This document shows positions 23,294 through 35,662 of a stretch of DNA of 64,000 bases, piece after piece. Numbering within the stretch: the stretch's first letter is position 1; each line of letters starts with the position of its first letter. The DNA comes from Monocercomonoides exilis PA203 (taxonomy: Eukaryota; Protista; Preaxostyla), in the NCBI GenBank assembly GCA_001643675.2, contig LSRY02000046.1:558001-622000 (forward strand). Reading direction: 5' to 3'. Made by a program: the position numbers and the translations under genes. The notes below the pieces were generated by a model. It did not search any database and was not told the DNA's origin. It worked only from the letters and a program-made list of their open reading frames with translations.

Positions 23294-26200
23294 CTAAAGA
23301 AAAAGCAAATTATTGAGAGTTTCCAAAGAAAGAGAGTGCCTTCTATCCCCAACAATACGTCGAAGTCGAGAAAAGAGGCGCTCACAAGAAGCTTCGCTAC
23401 ACGGAAACGTAACCAAGGCGAAACAAACGTTCGAAAATATCGAATGAAACATGCCAGACTTACTAATTTCTGCAAAAAAAACAAATAAATTATTCTGTAG
23501 AAATGATTGATGGCAATCAAGAAGAAATGAAGAATACAAAGCTTCAAGCTTTTCCTTGAAGTTTTCCGTTTGGTTCAGAAACACTTTTGATATATAACCA
23601 TGAAATCCACTTTTCATTCTTATGAACCAGTCCATATTAATTTTCTCTTGGATGTTTCTTGTTTCTTCAACCTTTTGCTCTAAATTTTTAAGAGTTCCAA
23701 TTTCAATTTGTTCATTTGAACCTATGAAAACAATATCTTTTTCATTTTCTTCATTTTTCTTTTCTTCATCATCGTCCATATCATCCGTTTCATTTTTTCC
23801 TTCTTCTTCAGAACAATCTTCATTTTCTTTTCTCCTTTTGTTACGAGTGTTGTGAGTGACATTTTCTTTCATTGATGATGCAGAAGATTCACATTTTTCC
23901 GTGTATTCATCTTCTTCAGAGTCGCTTTCAGCTTGTAAAAGTCCAAACTCATCGTCATCTGTTTCATCTGTTTTCTCCTCATGTTTTGAAGAAGATTCTT
24001 CACATTTTGTTGAAGAGTTTTCTTCGATAATTTGAAGAAGTTGAACAATTCGAGAATATTCAGCAAATGAGTTTTCTTTTTTTCAAAGACTTTGGCTGAA
24101 GAAGACTGATTTGACGGAGGAATAAAGGATGAGTCTTTATTTGAATTATCATAGAGTGATGGATTTAGTGATCGAATTGCTGAATAAAACGAATCAATTG
24201 TGAAAGGGTTAAATGAGTATGTTGACGAAGAAGAAGGTATATCGAATGACAATTTATTTGGAAAAATATCGCTATCTATTGGGCTTCTGGACTCAAAGAT
24301 TTGTTTTGAGGTTTTCGAAAATAATTCTTTCTTTCGGTCACTTCGTTTTTCGAAGATAAAAGTTCTCAGATCATAATCGACAACTTGATTTGATGAATTT
24401 GATGAAGAATTTGAAGGAGAGCACGATGAAGAATTTGAAGCAGAACTTGATGAAGAATCAGAAAAAGATGAAGACGACGGGGAGGAAACTAAAAAGGATT
24501 CGAAGGACGAAGACGAAATGGAAGATGATGGCATATGTTTTGATTGCTCTAATGAATATAATGGATTCATTTTTTTAGAAGTGTTTTGAATCAAGTTTTG
24601 TTGATTTATTTTTGATTCAGAGTTTTTCGTTGTTTGATCCAATGTTACACTACGAAAAACAAGTTCGTAATTCGCTTTCAGCCTATTCAATTCTTGGTTG
24701 TATGACTCAGAAAAAGAACCCAATTGATAGTTTTTTCTCCCTCCAGGAGTCAATGAAAAGGCCAAAGAGATCAGGTTTCCCCTGTCACCTGCAAAAAAAT
24801 AATTAAACAAAAGGATTATAATATCACATAAACCAGATTGCCAGTTTTCTTCAGAGAATTCTTCAAGGTCCTGCATCCATGAGCAGCGTGCAAATGCTTT
24901 CACCAGCAGAGGGAATACATCTCCCAACTTCGTTTCATCTTTTTCGAACTGTAACTGAAGTTCTCTTAAGGGAAATAATAGTAGTTCACATTTGATCACA
25001 TTTTCGATAAAAATCAATTCCTGTAATTTTGAAAAATTATCATCATGAAAATGTTTTCTAATAAAAAAACAAATATCATAAATGCAAAGCCATCTTGTTT
25101 CTATGAAAGAAGGGCATTTTGGTGTTGAGGGTTGCCTGCGGGAAATCACCTTCGCTTGTTTCGTAAATGTAATAATTGCATCTTTCTGTTTTCCGAAAAA
25201 TTCGTTGTTGTTGAAAAAATGAGATACAACTAAGTTTAATAAATGATTGCAACAATAAATAAAAATTGGTGGTGTTCCTTTGTAAAATGACAAAGATTTT
25301 TCTGTAGTGGTTTCTTCTGAAAGGCTCTGAATTGCAAGCTTCTGAGGAAGCAAGCCATCTGTGCAAAAGCACCGAACTTCTCCGTGTAAATCTTTTATTT
25401 CAGTCATGATTTGGACTGCTAATTGCGAATAATCAAAGGATGAATAGCACGCTTTAACTAATTTATAAAACATTGGCTTAGCACCCGGATTCAACGGAAC
25501 CACAGTTACTGCAGTGTACTTTTTGCCAGCAATTACTCCACCGTCAATCATAATTCCGACTGAAGAATTGAAAATTGCAGCATCCCTTTCTTTAATTGCA
25601 CCTTCCACTTCCTCATGAATTATTGAAGATAGTTTTCTGTAATTCAATGTGGGAAATATGGTTTCGGGAGAAAATGATGGATTTTGTTGAGAAATCTGTA
25701 TGAGAGAAGAAATGAAACTATTATACTCAGATGAATAAGCGGACAAAAATGCAATGTTACAATGTCCAATTAACCTCAAAAATTGTTTTTTCAATAAATC
25801 ATATTGAAAATGAAATGGAACTAATTTTTTGTTTGAGTAATAAGTTGCTTGTTTGAGAGGATGATTTTGCTTCATAAATTTGACGATTGATGAATTTGTC
25901 AAAAGTGGACATTGATGATTAATTATTCGATCACATCCTTTTCTTCCGGAAACTCCACAATTAACTCCTTCTTTGCTGTTTGGACACAAATAATAAATAT
26001 GTCCATCTTTTTTCAACGTTCCATCATTTTTCACAGGTGTGTAAGCTATCCAAACTGAATTTTTTTGAATTTCAAAGTGAACTTTTCCTATGTCTTCTCC
26101 AGTGTTATTAGGGTGCCTGTAAACTTGATAATAATCAAAACAAATGAAATGATATAATTTTTGATCAAAACTTGAAAATATCAAACATTTTCCAAAAATA

Positions 26201-26426
26201 GTTGATTTTGAACATTCCAACTCAACAAATGAACAATCACTTTTTTTTAGCTCTTCTATTTTTTTGCTTAATGCAGCACTCTTTTGTAAAAAAAAAATGA
26301 AATAAAAAAGTTTCTGTCAAATTTTGTCTAATGTTAAATTCAAACGATTTCTTTAGATTTTGCACTGTTTTGTAATTCCAAAGGCAAGCTCCTAAAAAAA
26401 TCCTCATATGTTGTCAATTGATTCAT
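23294..26426 (-). CDS. hAT transposase (~1020 aa; 5' intron 26281-26345; one frame change at the A7 run 24077-24083)
   Basis: BED-finger-like W..C..C..H region; MIDGG and CTDG (catalytic Asp), YCCNHLLNL (CxxH), ETRW; C-terminal dimerisation motif PCSEASCERLFSRLRRIVGDRRHSLS. Exon 1 is MNQLTTYEDFF..EI|GTTTG. Confidence 0.9.
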
Positions 26427-26453
26427 GATATCTATGAAATAATCAATATTTCC

Positions 26454-26538
26454 GTTCGACCGACTGATCTGTTCGACCGACTGATCTATTCGACCGACTG
26501 ATCTATTCGACCGACTGATCTATTCGACCGACTGATCT
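26454..26538 (+). repeat. 5 x 17-bp tandem repeat (R)TTCGACCGACTGATCT, subterminal in the hAT
   Basis: Units start at 26454, 26471, 26488, 26505 and 26522. The core CGACCGAC also occurs as its reverse complement at 20813-20820 and 26828-26835. Confidence 0.93.
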
Positions 26539-27497
26539 TTGTCGAAAAAATGAATTTTTGAAACAAGGGAAAAATATAAAATCTTATGTTAAAAAAAGGA
26601 CAATAAGTTATTTTTCATGGACTAATGATAATTTTTTAATTTCGAAACCATGAAAAATCAATTTCTTAATAGCAAAATGTTAAAAATTATTCATTTCCAT
26701 CAAAAACAGATAATTGTTGATTTGTTTGTTTTTCTCTTAATAAATCAAAATATTGAGATACCATGATAAGAAAAAACGAATAAATGAAATGAAAATGAAA
26801 TTAATATAAATAGAAATATTATGCATTGTCGGTCGACTTGTCGAACACTTTGGAAAATGTCGGTCTGTCGCAAAGGCTTAGTTGCAATTATAAAAAAAGA
26901 ATCTTCTTTTAAAAAAACTATTATAAAAAGTTACACAGACAAAAAATTCAAAGAATTTTGTTGAAATGATGTGAAATAATTTCTTTTGTTTTGATGATAG
27001 ACAAATCATCCTTTTAATAATTATTTATTTTGATTTGATTTAATTTAATAATTATCATTTGTTTTTCAACTGTCCAATGAAAATAAATGATGAAACTGGG
27101 TGAACAAAAGAATAACGGTATAGAAAATTCAGAAAAAAAGATTTCATGATGAATACATTGGTAATTTTTTTTGTAATCATATTTTTTCTGAAAAAATTTT
27201 TGCATATTTGTCAGTGAACTCAGAAAAGTGATAACGCATTCTTCAAAAACAATGTCATTAATTCATTTAAAGTGTGTGCTTTTTAAAACAATTGCAATTT
27301 AAAAAAAAAACTGGAATGATATTATTCAATCCATTGACAAACGAAAATTAAAAATTCGAAACCCCGAAAAAAGTTATGATTTCAAAAATAATGATCCAAA
27401 TTTAAATAACATAAGAAGAGATATTTTTCTGTATTTATCTCTTCTCAAAAATGCATTGTTTTTTCCTTAAAATCAATGTCTGAGACATTAGATACCA

Positions 27498-28096
27498 TAT
27501 GTCAATAGCCCTCACACAAACAAAAACAAACAAGCTTTAATCTATTCCATCTAAAAATGTGTGCAATTTGGTCTAGGAAAACATTAACTTATCCTCGATC
27601 CATCATCAACATTTTTTTATTCTTCATTTCATATTTCTATTAGATATTAAAAATAAGAAGATATATGTTGTTAATTGTGAAAATTTTTTTGAAAAGTTCC
27701 TTTTATTTAATTCACTAATGATATTTAAAATTAATATTTCGATCAAATTTCTGTTCATGCTCACCTTATTTTGTTGCCATGAAAGCAAAATCTTGACAAT
27801 GGTATTATTTCTATTTTAGTGAAGTTTCATTAGTGGGAACAGAAATTTGATCGAAATATGAAATTGTAATTTTAATTGTGAATAAAATAAAAGGAGCTTT
27901 TCAAAAAAATTTTTGCAATATGCGGACCATTAGTTTCTTTTTCTAATTTCTTTTGAATCAATTATTTGAGATGGAAAAGATACGTGAGGATAAAAAAAAA
28001 ACAAATTTATCTTTCTCAAACTTGAAATTGTATTCACGTTTCTTATAAAAATTCAAAGTGTGCAGGCTTTTGTTCATGTGTTGGTCTGTTCACATA
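27498..28096. repeat. Degenerate ~600-bp foldback/palindrome (MITE-like)
   Basis: Perfect 23-bp IR at 27734-27756 / 27837-27859, a ~29-bp IR with 1 mismatch at 27680-27708 / 27885-27913, and weaker outer arms sharing the same centre (~27796). Confidence 0.8.
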
Positions 28097-28833
28097 AAAT
28101 AAATAGATAAATGGTCCACATGTCATACAAGAAAACCATCAAATAATTATCAAAAATTTTTTAGAAATATGAAAACAAAAACTTTTCAAAGAAAACAATT
28201 TCATGAAAAAATTCATTCATTTAATTCAAATTTTTGAATCAATTTTTTTTCATTTTTTGTTTCAAAAACAAATATAATATCTGTAGAATAGCATCATCAC
28301 TCACATTGAACAAAAAAAAATTAATTAAAAATTCGAAGAATTGTTTCATTTATATGATTAATTTTGAAATCAAAACTATATTCTGGACATTCATTTTTCA
28401 ATTGTTGTTTATCACTGGGAAGAGATTTTGTGTGCAATTTGTGTATTTATACCAATTGTTAAAAAACAAATGTTTTGTTCATATAAAGATGAAGCTGTTT
28501 CTTTTGGGCATTTTCATTTTAACAGTGTTCTTTCATTAATTTTGAAGTTAAATTTTCGAAAAGAAAATTTTAAAAGAAAAAGTGTGACAACAAAAATAAT
28601 CTCCTATTTTCAAAAGCATTTGAATTTATTAGTCTGAGAAAACCAATAGAAATACAATTATCGATAAACAATTTTGTGAAATGAACACAAACAATTTTTT
28701 TATTACATTTTTTCAAGGAATTTTGGATGACTTGTTTTTCTCGAAATATACCTTCTTTCATTTTTCATTTTTAGAAAAAACCGTAATGAACCAATTTTAT
28801 GTTGATTTTTCAATTGTGAATTTTTATTATTTG

Positions 28834-29016
28834 GGGCAAAATTCTTTCATTTATGAAAAAAACAACGATTTCGTTCCAAATTTGTTTTTCAACCTTTACA
28901 TAATAAGTCTTTCATTCCCACATCAAAAAAACATTGGAAATTCTTCAAAATTGAGAAAAATATTTGAAAGTTAAGAATGGAACAAAATTCAGAAAGCTCA
29001 AAATTTCTTCCCATTT
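28834..29016 (+). repeat. Dispersed ~185-bp non-coding repeat R2; inverted copy at ~47808-47992
   Basis: Shared blocks TGAAAAAAACAACGATTT, TCTTTCATTCCCA, AAAATTGAGAAAAATATTTG and AGAATGGAACAAAATTCA; ~75-80% identity by eye. Confidence 0.85.
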
Positions 29017-29098
29017 GGATCCAAAGAACCAACACATTTTGTTATTTTCCCAAGAGGGGAAATTTGATTTGTGCATTTTTTAAAGAATAATTTTAGAA

Positions 29099-30693
29099 AT
29101 GGCAACTCACAGAGAAGTTGACGGAGATTTTGGCAAGTTGTTTTTTTCTACTCCAACCGCATTTTCATCTGTGGTAATCACTGATCCAGATTTACCTCCG
29201 CCTACGACAATGTCTGTTGGCGAGGAGGAAGAAGAAGGAGTTCTGGACACTTCAAACTATCATGTTGACAAGTTAAAAGTTTCTTCTTTCCCATCAACAC
29301 CTCGTGATGCTCCTTCAGCTGTGTCTTCATCAATGATTTCTCGCTCAAAACCTCAACCGAAAGCTCCGTCTCAAACTCCGCGTCCAAAAGCTTCATCTGC
29401 TGCTCCATCTCAAGCTGCTCCTTCTCAGATGACCCCGCAATCATCTTCTGCACCTTCTCTAATTGGAGATACTGTCGAACCGTCACAAGATCAGTTTGCA
29501 AAATATTTTTTTGTGTTAAAAGATTGATAACTTTTTTAAACTGATTATCAAATCTTTCGATTAAAGATTATATTTAAAACGTGGAGACATTATTGGTAGA
29601 GGTTCATTTGGAACTGTATATAGGTGCTTGGATTTGAAAACAGGAAAACTATTGGCTGATAAGGAATATATTTTTGAAAGTAGCGGGCTTGAACAACAGG
29701 TTTGATCATTGAGAAAAATTGTAAATATAGACACCTATTTGCTGTTCACGTTAAACATCAATTCATAAGCATCATTTTATTGAACTTTTGATTTTTTTGC
29801 CAAAATTACTTTTTTTCTTTTCTTTTGTTTTGTTTTCGTAATATTCATTTGATTTTTATAAAAATAACTTTCTGTTTTTGTTGTTAGATTGCGAATGCAG
29901 AGAGAGAAATATTAATTATGCAACATCTTGTGCATCCGAACATTGTGCAATATATGGGGTGCCAGAGAAATGGAAACATTTTAGATGTTTTCCAAGAATT
30001 TGTGACTGGCGGTTCTATCGCTCGTCTGCTATCAACTTTTGGCACATTTCCAGAGCCTCTGGTACAAGTGTACACAAGGCAAATAACAGAAGGGCTTGCC
30101 TATTTGCACGACCACAAGATTGTGCATCGTGATATCAAATCTGCAAATTGCCTGGTGACAGGGGAAGGTGTGGTGAAGCTAGCAGATTTCGGATGCTCAA
30201 AGACGATCGAAACAGTCATGTCATTCGGACAAGGATGCGCTACGCTTTGCGGAACACCTCAGTTTGTCCCTTTTTCGATTAAATTAATTATCACTTATTA
30301 ATTGTAATGCTTTCAAATTATTTTCAAAACGCTTAATTTTGAATGAATGACTATAATAGCTACATGGCACCAGAAGTTATCCGGCAGCAACGCAATGTTG
30401 GCAGACGTAGTGACATATGGTCTTTGGGCTGCACAGTCATCGAAATGCTGACTGGAAAGCCGCCTTATGCAGACATAAAGAATGCCACAGCTTGCATCTT
30501 CAAGATTGCCTCGTCTTCTGAAACACCGCCCATTCCGAAGTTTGCGTCGCCAGAGCTGACAGATTTCCTGAAGAGATGCTTTGTGCGCGATCCAGTGAAG
30601 AGGGCAACATCGAGAGAGCTTTTGCAGCACGCCTTTCTGAAGAGGGAGTATGATGAGGATTGGTACACGATGGAGAATGAGGAGGAGGATTAA
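29099..30693 (+). CDS. STE11/MEKK-like (MAP3K) Ser/Thr protein kinase, 4 exons
   Basis: IGRGSFGTVY, LADK, HPNIVQYMG, EFVTGGSI, HRDIKSANCL, KLADFGCSK, GTPH|YMAPEVI, SDIWSLGCTVIEMLTGKPP. GT..AG introns splice in frame. Confidence 0.92.
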
Positions 30694-31744
30694 AGAGTCT
30701 GAGTGATTAATTGGATGGGTGGGTGAATGAGCAGACTAACTGAATGAGTCCTGAAGTGCTGAAAAGAAGATGAATGAAGAATAAGCTGAGCTGTTGTTCA
30801 AAGAGCTAATAGAAGCTGTTGTTTGTGAATCGATAGCATGATGTGTTGTGTTAGTTTAACTAAATAATATATTTATAAAATACTTATTTTTATAATCATT
30901 TCAAGATTGTTTGTATGTTGATGGTCTTTATCCTTTTTATTTCTATATTTTCTAATTTCTTGTTCAGAGTTTTAGCTAAAACTACGTTCATTTCAGTATC
31001 TTTGGATTTATGCTCAGTGTTGAATAAATATTCCACTGATTTTTTTGACTTCGTTTTTTCGACATTTGTTGAAATGGAGGCATTCTTCGTCTTATGAGGT
31101 GTGCTCTGCGCATCTCAAACTGCTTCTGCACTGCTGATGATGATGTGCACAAAGATTAACACCTTAAATGCATCTTTCAAAAGCCTAACACCGCTTTTCA
31201 AAAATGCAAATAACTGCCTCCATTTTTTAAAAAAAAACACGAAAAAAGAAAAGAAAAAGAAAAAAAGAAAGAAAAAGAATTGACTGATTCGAAAGCATGT
31301 TCTTTTAACGTAGATTAATGTTTGTTTATTAATAAAAAAGATAGAAAAACAGCCAAAAGAAGGGTTGATGATATGAAAGCAAAGGTTGTTTGCTATTTCA
31401 AGAGAAGGATGCAAGTGAATCGAATGGTTAATGGAAAGAGAAGAAAAGGAGGGAAATACAAACTAACTTTGCAATTCAATTAGATAAAAGAAAACAGAAT
31501 AGGATAACTGGAAAACTAGATTTTGAATTATTTTTCTTTCAAACAAGTAAATACAAGTTCTCAAAAAGATAATTCCATAAAATACAATTAAAGCTTTCCA
31601 ATTAAGAAATGAGAGATATATCAGCAAATATGAGATTGCTCCCACAAAATGCAATATTCTCATTAAGTTTTTATTTAACTTTTGTATTTCTTTAGTCCAA
31701 CCCTTTCTTTCATTCATCCATTTTCGCATTCACATTTTAGTCCT

Positions 31745-34700
31745 TTAATAGTAATGAATGGCATTGCGCTGAACAGGACGTGAAGACGAGAATTGTGCAG
31801 GTGCAGGTGCAGCAGAAGCAGAGGCAGCAGCAGACGGTGTGTATGCAAACTGAGTGGAAGCAGCCTGGCGACGAGACGCAGCAACAGCAGCAGAAGAGCT
31901 GGGTGGAGGTGGAAATCGGAGTCCAGCTGGGAACGATGCAGGCTGTGTCTGTGGGAGCTGTGGGACAACTGGAGGCTGAGGGTTCATCGTCTGTGGCTGC
32001 GGGGCAGGCTCATAGCGGTTGGAAGAGCCGGGGGCGTATGTTGTGGCGGAAGATGGAAACGACCGTGATGATGCAGCAGAGGCAGAAGAAGCAGCAAATG
32101 CACTCAACGCAGCTGAAGGTGGTGGCGATGGAAGAATCGACTGACTGCTTGCTTGTATTTGAGCTGGATGAGAAGGCATTCCAGCTGGTTGTTGTTGCTT
32201 TGAGTATCTTGTATTGCTCTTAGTCTGCTGATGAACTTGCTTTCCTGCTGGTTGCTGTTCAGGGATAACAGGTCTCGTCTGCAATGGCAGCTGTTGAGGC
32301 TGAGCAACTGGCTGTGATTGGACAGGAGCAGATGATGTAGCAGCTGGGGCAGAGCGGATTGGCTGCTCTTTCTGTGAGCGATTGGCAGGGCGATATTGAT
32401 GAGGCGAACTAACAGGCTGAGGCTGTGCAGGTGCAGAAGCAGCAGCTACAGGCGCGGATGCTTGAGCTGCTGGCTGCACATTTGATGCACTCGAAGGAAC
32501 AGCAGCTCGGCTGCTTGCTGAAGCAGATGTCATTCTTTGCTGTTGCTGTTGTGGTTGTTGCTTCTGTTGAACCGGCTGAGAGTGCACTTTTTGCTGAGGC
32601 TGTTGGGCTGGCTGAACCGCTGGTGCTGTTTGTGGTTGTGTCTGCTGTGGCTGAGCATGTTGTTGTTGTTGTTGCTGCTGCTGAATTTGCTGGTTCAGAG
32701 TCAAAAGAGTCTGCAACAGAGCTGGATTCTGCAAAAGCAGGTTCAAAGGCTGCTGCAACGGAAGTGCTGCTCCAGGTGCACCAGCTGTCTGCAATGGCTG
32801 TGCAGAAGCTGTCTGAGTGTTGGCAGCCACTCCACCTTGTTTCTGCTGCTGTTGTTGCTGAGACTGATATTGCGCCAGAAGCAAAAGAGACAAGATCTGC
32901 TGTTGTGCCATCAATGATGCACCACCAGGGGCAGCTGCAGGTGCAGCAACTGGAACAGACGCTGTGGCTGGTGCAACTCCTGCTGCAGAAGGCTGTTGAG
33001 CAACTTGAGAAGTGGAAGATGCCGATGGAACAGATGCAACATCACTCTTAGCAGCTGAGGCAGACTGTGTCTGTTGTGCCTGTTGCTGTTGTTGATGATG
33101 CTGAGCATGCACTTTTCTGCCTCTATGCGACTTCTCCTTTTTCATCTCTGATTCCAACTGAGGCGATGTGTATGTGTTTGCTGATGCTGATGAAGCAGCA
33201 ACTGGCTGATGGCGTGGCTCTTCTCTGCCAAACACGATCTCTTCATCATCGTCTTCTTTTTTGGCTGGCACTTCTGTGGTTGTTGCTGGTGCAGGCGCTG
33301 ATGATGAAGCAGAAGCAGATGCAGAAGCAGATTGAGCATATGATGGAACATATTTGAATTGCATCTTCTTTGAGGCAGCATCTGGACGAGTTGTTTCTGC
33401 CTTTGTTGAAGGAGCAGCAGGAGCAGAAGGTTTCACAGCTGATGTTGAAGATGAAGCTGCAGGTGTTGCTTCTTTAGGTGTGCTAGCTGCAGTTGCAGTT
33501 GCAACTGGAGCTGTCTCTCTGGCAGCTTGTGCTGCTATTTGAGCAACAGCTTCTTGTCTTTGCTGTGGAATGTACACTTGTTTGTTTTGTTTGGCTTCAT
33601 CTGCTTTTGCCTTCTCATTCTCTTTTCGTTCTTTTTCTTTTTCCTTCTCTTTCTCTTCTTCAGCTCTCTTTCTCTCTTTCTCTCTTTCTTGTTCCTCTTT
33701 CGCCTCTCTTTCTTTCTTCTCCTTTTCTTCTTTCTCTTTCATCTTTTCCTTTTCTTTTTCTGCAACAGCGCTTTTATCATCAACTTTTGATTTTTCCTTT
33801 TGTTTCTTGCCTTGCTTTTCGTTATCTCCCTTTTTCTCTTCTTTTTGTGTTAATTTCCTAAGTTCCTCTTCCTTCTTCAACTTTTCCTCTTCTTCCTGCT
33901 TTTTCCACAATGCCTCTAACTTCCTTCTGCCTTCTTTGGACCATGGGTTGGTTATTGTCACATCATCAATATCATTTTCTGCTAATGAAGCATTCAATGC
34001 ATCAATTTCTCCGATTTTTCCTTCTTTCTTAAGCTTCCTTTTCAGTTTCGCAGCTGCTTTTGGATCTGCTGCTACTCCAACAGTGGCAACAGCTACGTAC
34101 TGTTTTGGCTTTCCTGTTTCCTTCAATAGCAATGATGGATGAATTCTTTCCTTAAGCTCAGAAGGAATAACTTGAGGAAGACCAAGAATGGTCGTACCTT
34201 GTGTGCTAGCTGCATTCGCTTTCGCATCTGTTTTTGCTTGCTTTGAGGTCTCAGAAGAATTCACTGCTGCTTTTGACTCTTCAACTTTAGCTGAAGATTT
34301 TGTTTCCCCTTTGCCATTATTCCCTTCACTTTTAGACTTTTTCTCAGTATTTGAAGTGGAAGAAATTACAGAGGTTGAAGTGTTAGAAGAAGAAGAAGAA
34401 TTTTCAGAAGGCACCACTGTTGTAGTTGAACGTGAAGTGTCAGATACCGAGGCAGGCTTCCAAGTGTAAACATTTGGACTCTTTATTTGTGTTGGCTGAA
34501 CAGTTGTTCGTGGATCAGGCAAAAGTCCTTCTTTTGAATTTTGTTTTTGGGCATATGAAGGAATATACTTCGACTGAAAAGTTGTGATTGTTGGGCTTTT
34601 GGAATGATCTTTTATGGATAACTTTGGATTCACGCTTTGACTTTGCCCATTGTTCGAAGATTTCTTATCCTTGTCTTTCTTTTCGCTTTTGCCTTTAGAT

Positions 34701-35157
34701 TCCTTCTTTTCATTCGAAGCCTTTTTTTTGTTCTTAGTCTTTAAAAATTTCCGAATAGTTCAAATAAAGAATCAAAATCATTACTTTAACATAACGAAAA
34801 ATCAAAAAATAGTTCATACAGGTTCCTTTCCAATAAGATTAAATTTCAAAACTCCTTTCGATTTTTCTAAAAATTAAAAGGATGAAGAATTTGGTTTTTT
34901 GAAAAAATATTCAAGAAATATTTTGTTAATTTCATTCAATCATCTTAATCAAAAAGCAAATATATACCGTCCAACAAAAATGTTGTTGAATCTTCAACAT
35001 TTCCGTCAAATCTCAGAAGAGCGGTAGTTAAATCAGAATCATCGAGATCAGGAAAAATGGCTTTCAATGCCTTCAATTTAGGCTTTAATCGAGCAGTTTG
35101 CTCATGCTCACGCTTTTTAGCTTGAAGCTCAAAGTCTGAAGAAAGCTGCAAATTCAT
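31745..35157 (-). CDS. CUE-domain protein with a long charged coiled-coil and Q/A/S/P-rich tail (Def1/UBAP2L-like architecture), 3 exons
   Basis: Exon 1 LKAIFPDLDDSDLTTALLRFDGNVEDSTTFLL matches the CUE pattern. It splices via a short exon (~34820-34866) into the 962-aa ORF. Confidence 0.75.
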
Positions 35158-35598
35158 CAAATCAGTCTTTTTTTATCTTCACCTTATTTAAGGATATTAA
35201 AATACGTTTACACCCACAATTTTGATATTTTTTCTTCAAAAAAGTTTCTTTATTTTAAGTATTAATATTTGTTAAAAAATATATAAATAACGAATGAATA
35301 AATGAATGCTTTTGTCAGAAACTGGAAAACTTGCAAAGTCTTAAATCACGTATTGTTTATCATGAATTTTGATTGGGTAATACATGTAATTGGTCACTTT
35401 TAAAAAAATTGTCTTCTTTCATATTGTTGTATCTAATAAACAATGAAATAAATGAAAAATTGTCATTATTTAAATATTAATGTATGAATGAAAGGAAATT
35501 TTATGTGTTATGCGAAAGCAATCCGTGAAACAAGAAAATTCAAAAATGTATTTATTATAATTTCACTTAATTCCAAAGATTATATCAACTCGCTTTTG

Positions 35599-35601
<3 letters not shown>

Positions 35602-35660
<59 letters not shown>
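35602..35660 (+). repeat. Poly(A) tract, 59 nt, intergenic
   Basis: Direct reading of the sequence. Confidence 0.9.

Positions 35661-35662
<2 letters not shown>

Larger units (their letters stand above)
20777..26880 (-). mobile_element. Full-length hAT-superfamily DNA transposon (6,104 bp)
   Basis: Perfect 15-bp TIRs TAAGCCTTTGCGACA (20777-20791) and TGTCGCAAAGGCTTA (26866-26880). Perfect 8-bp TSD GTTGCAAT (20769-20776, 26881-26888). Contains a hAT transposase. Confidence 0.96.

Noticed and set aside
26454-26538. Regular short repeats superficially like a CRISPR array
   Set aside because: The units are head-to-tail with no spacers, there are no cas genes, the context is eukaryotic, and hAT subterminal repeats explain them.
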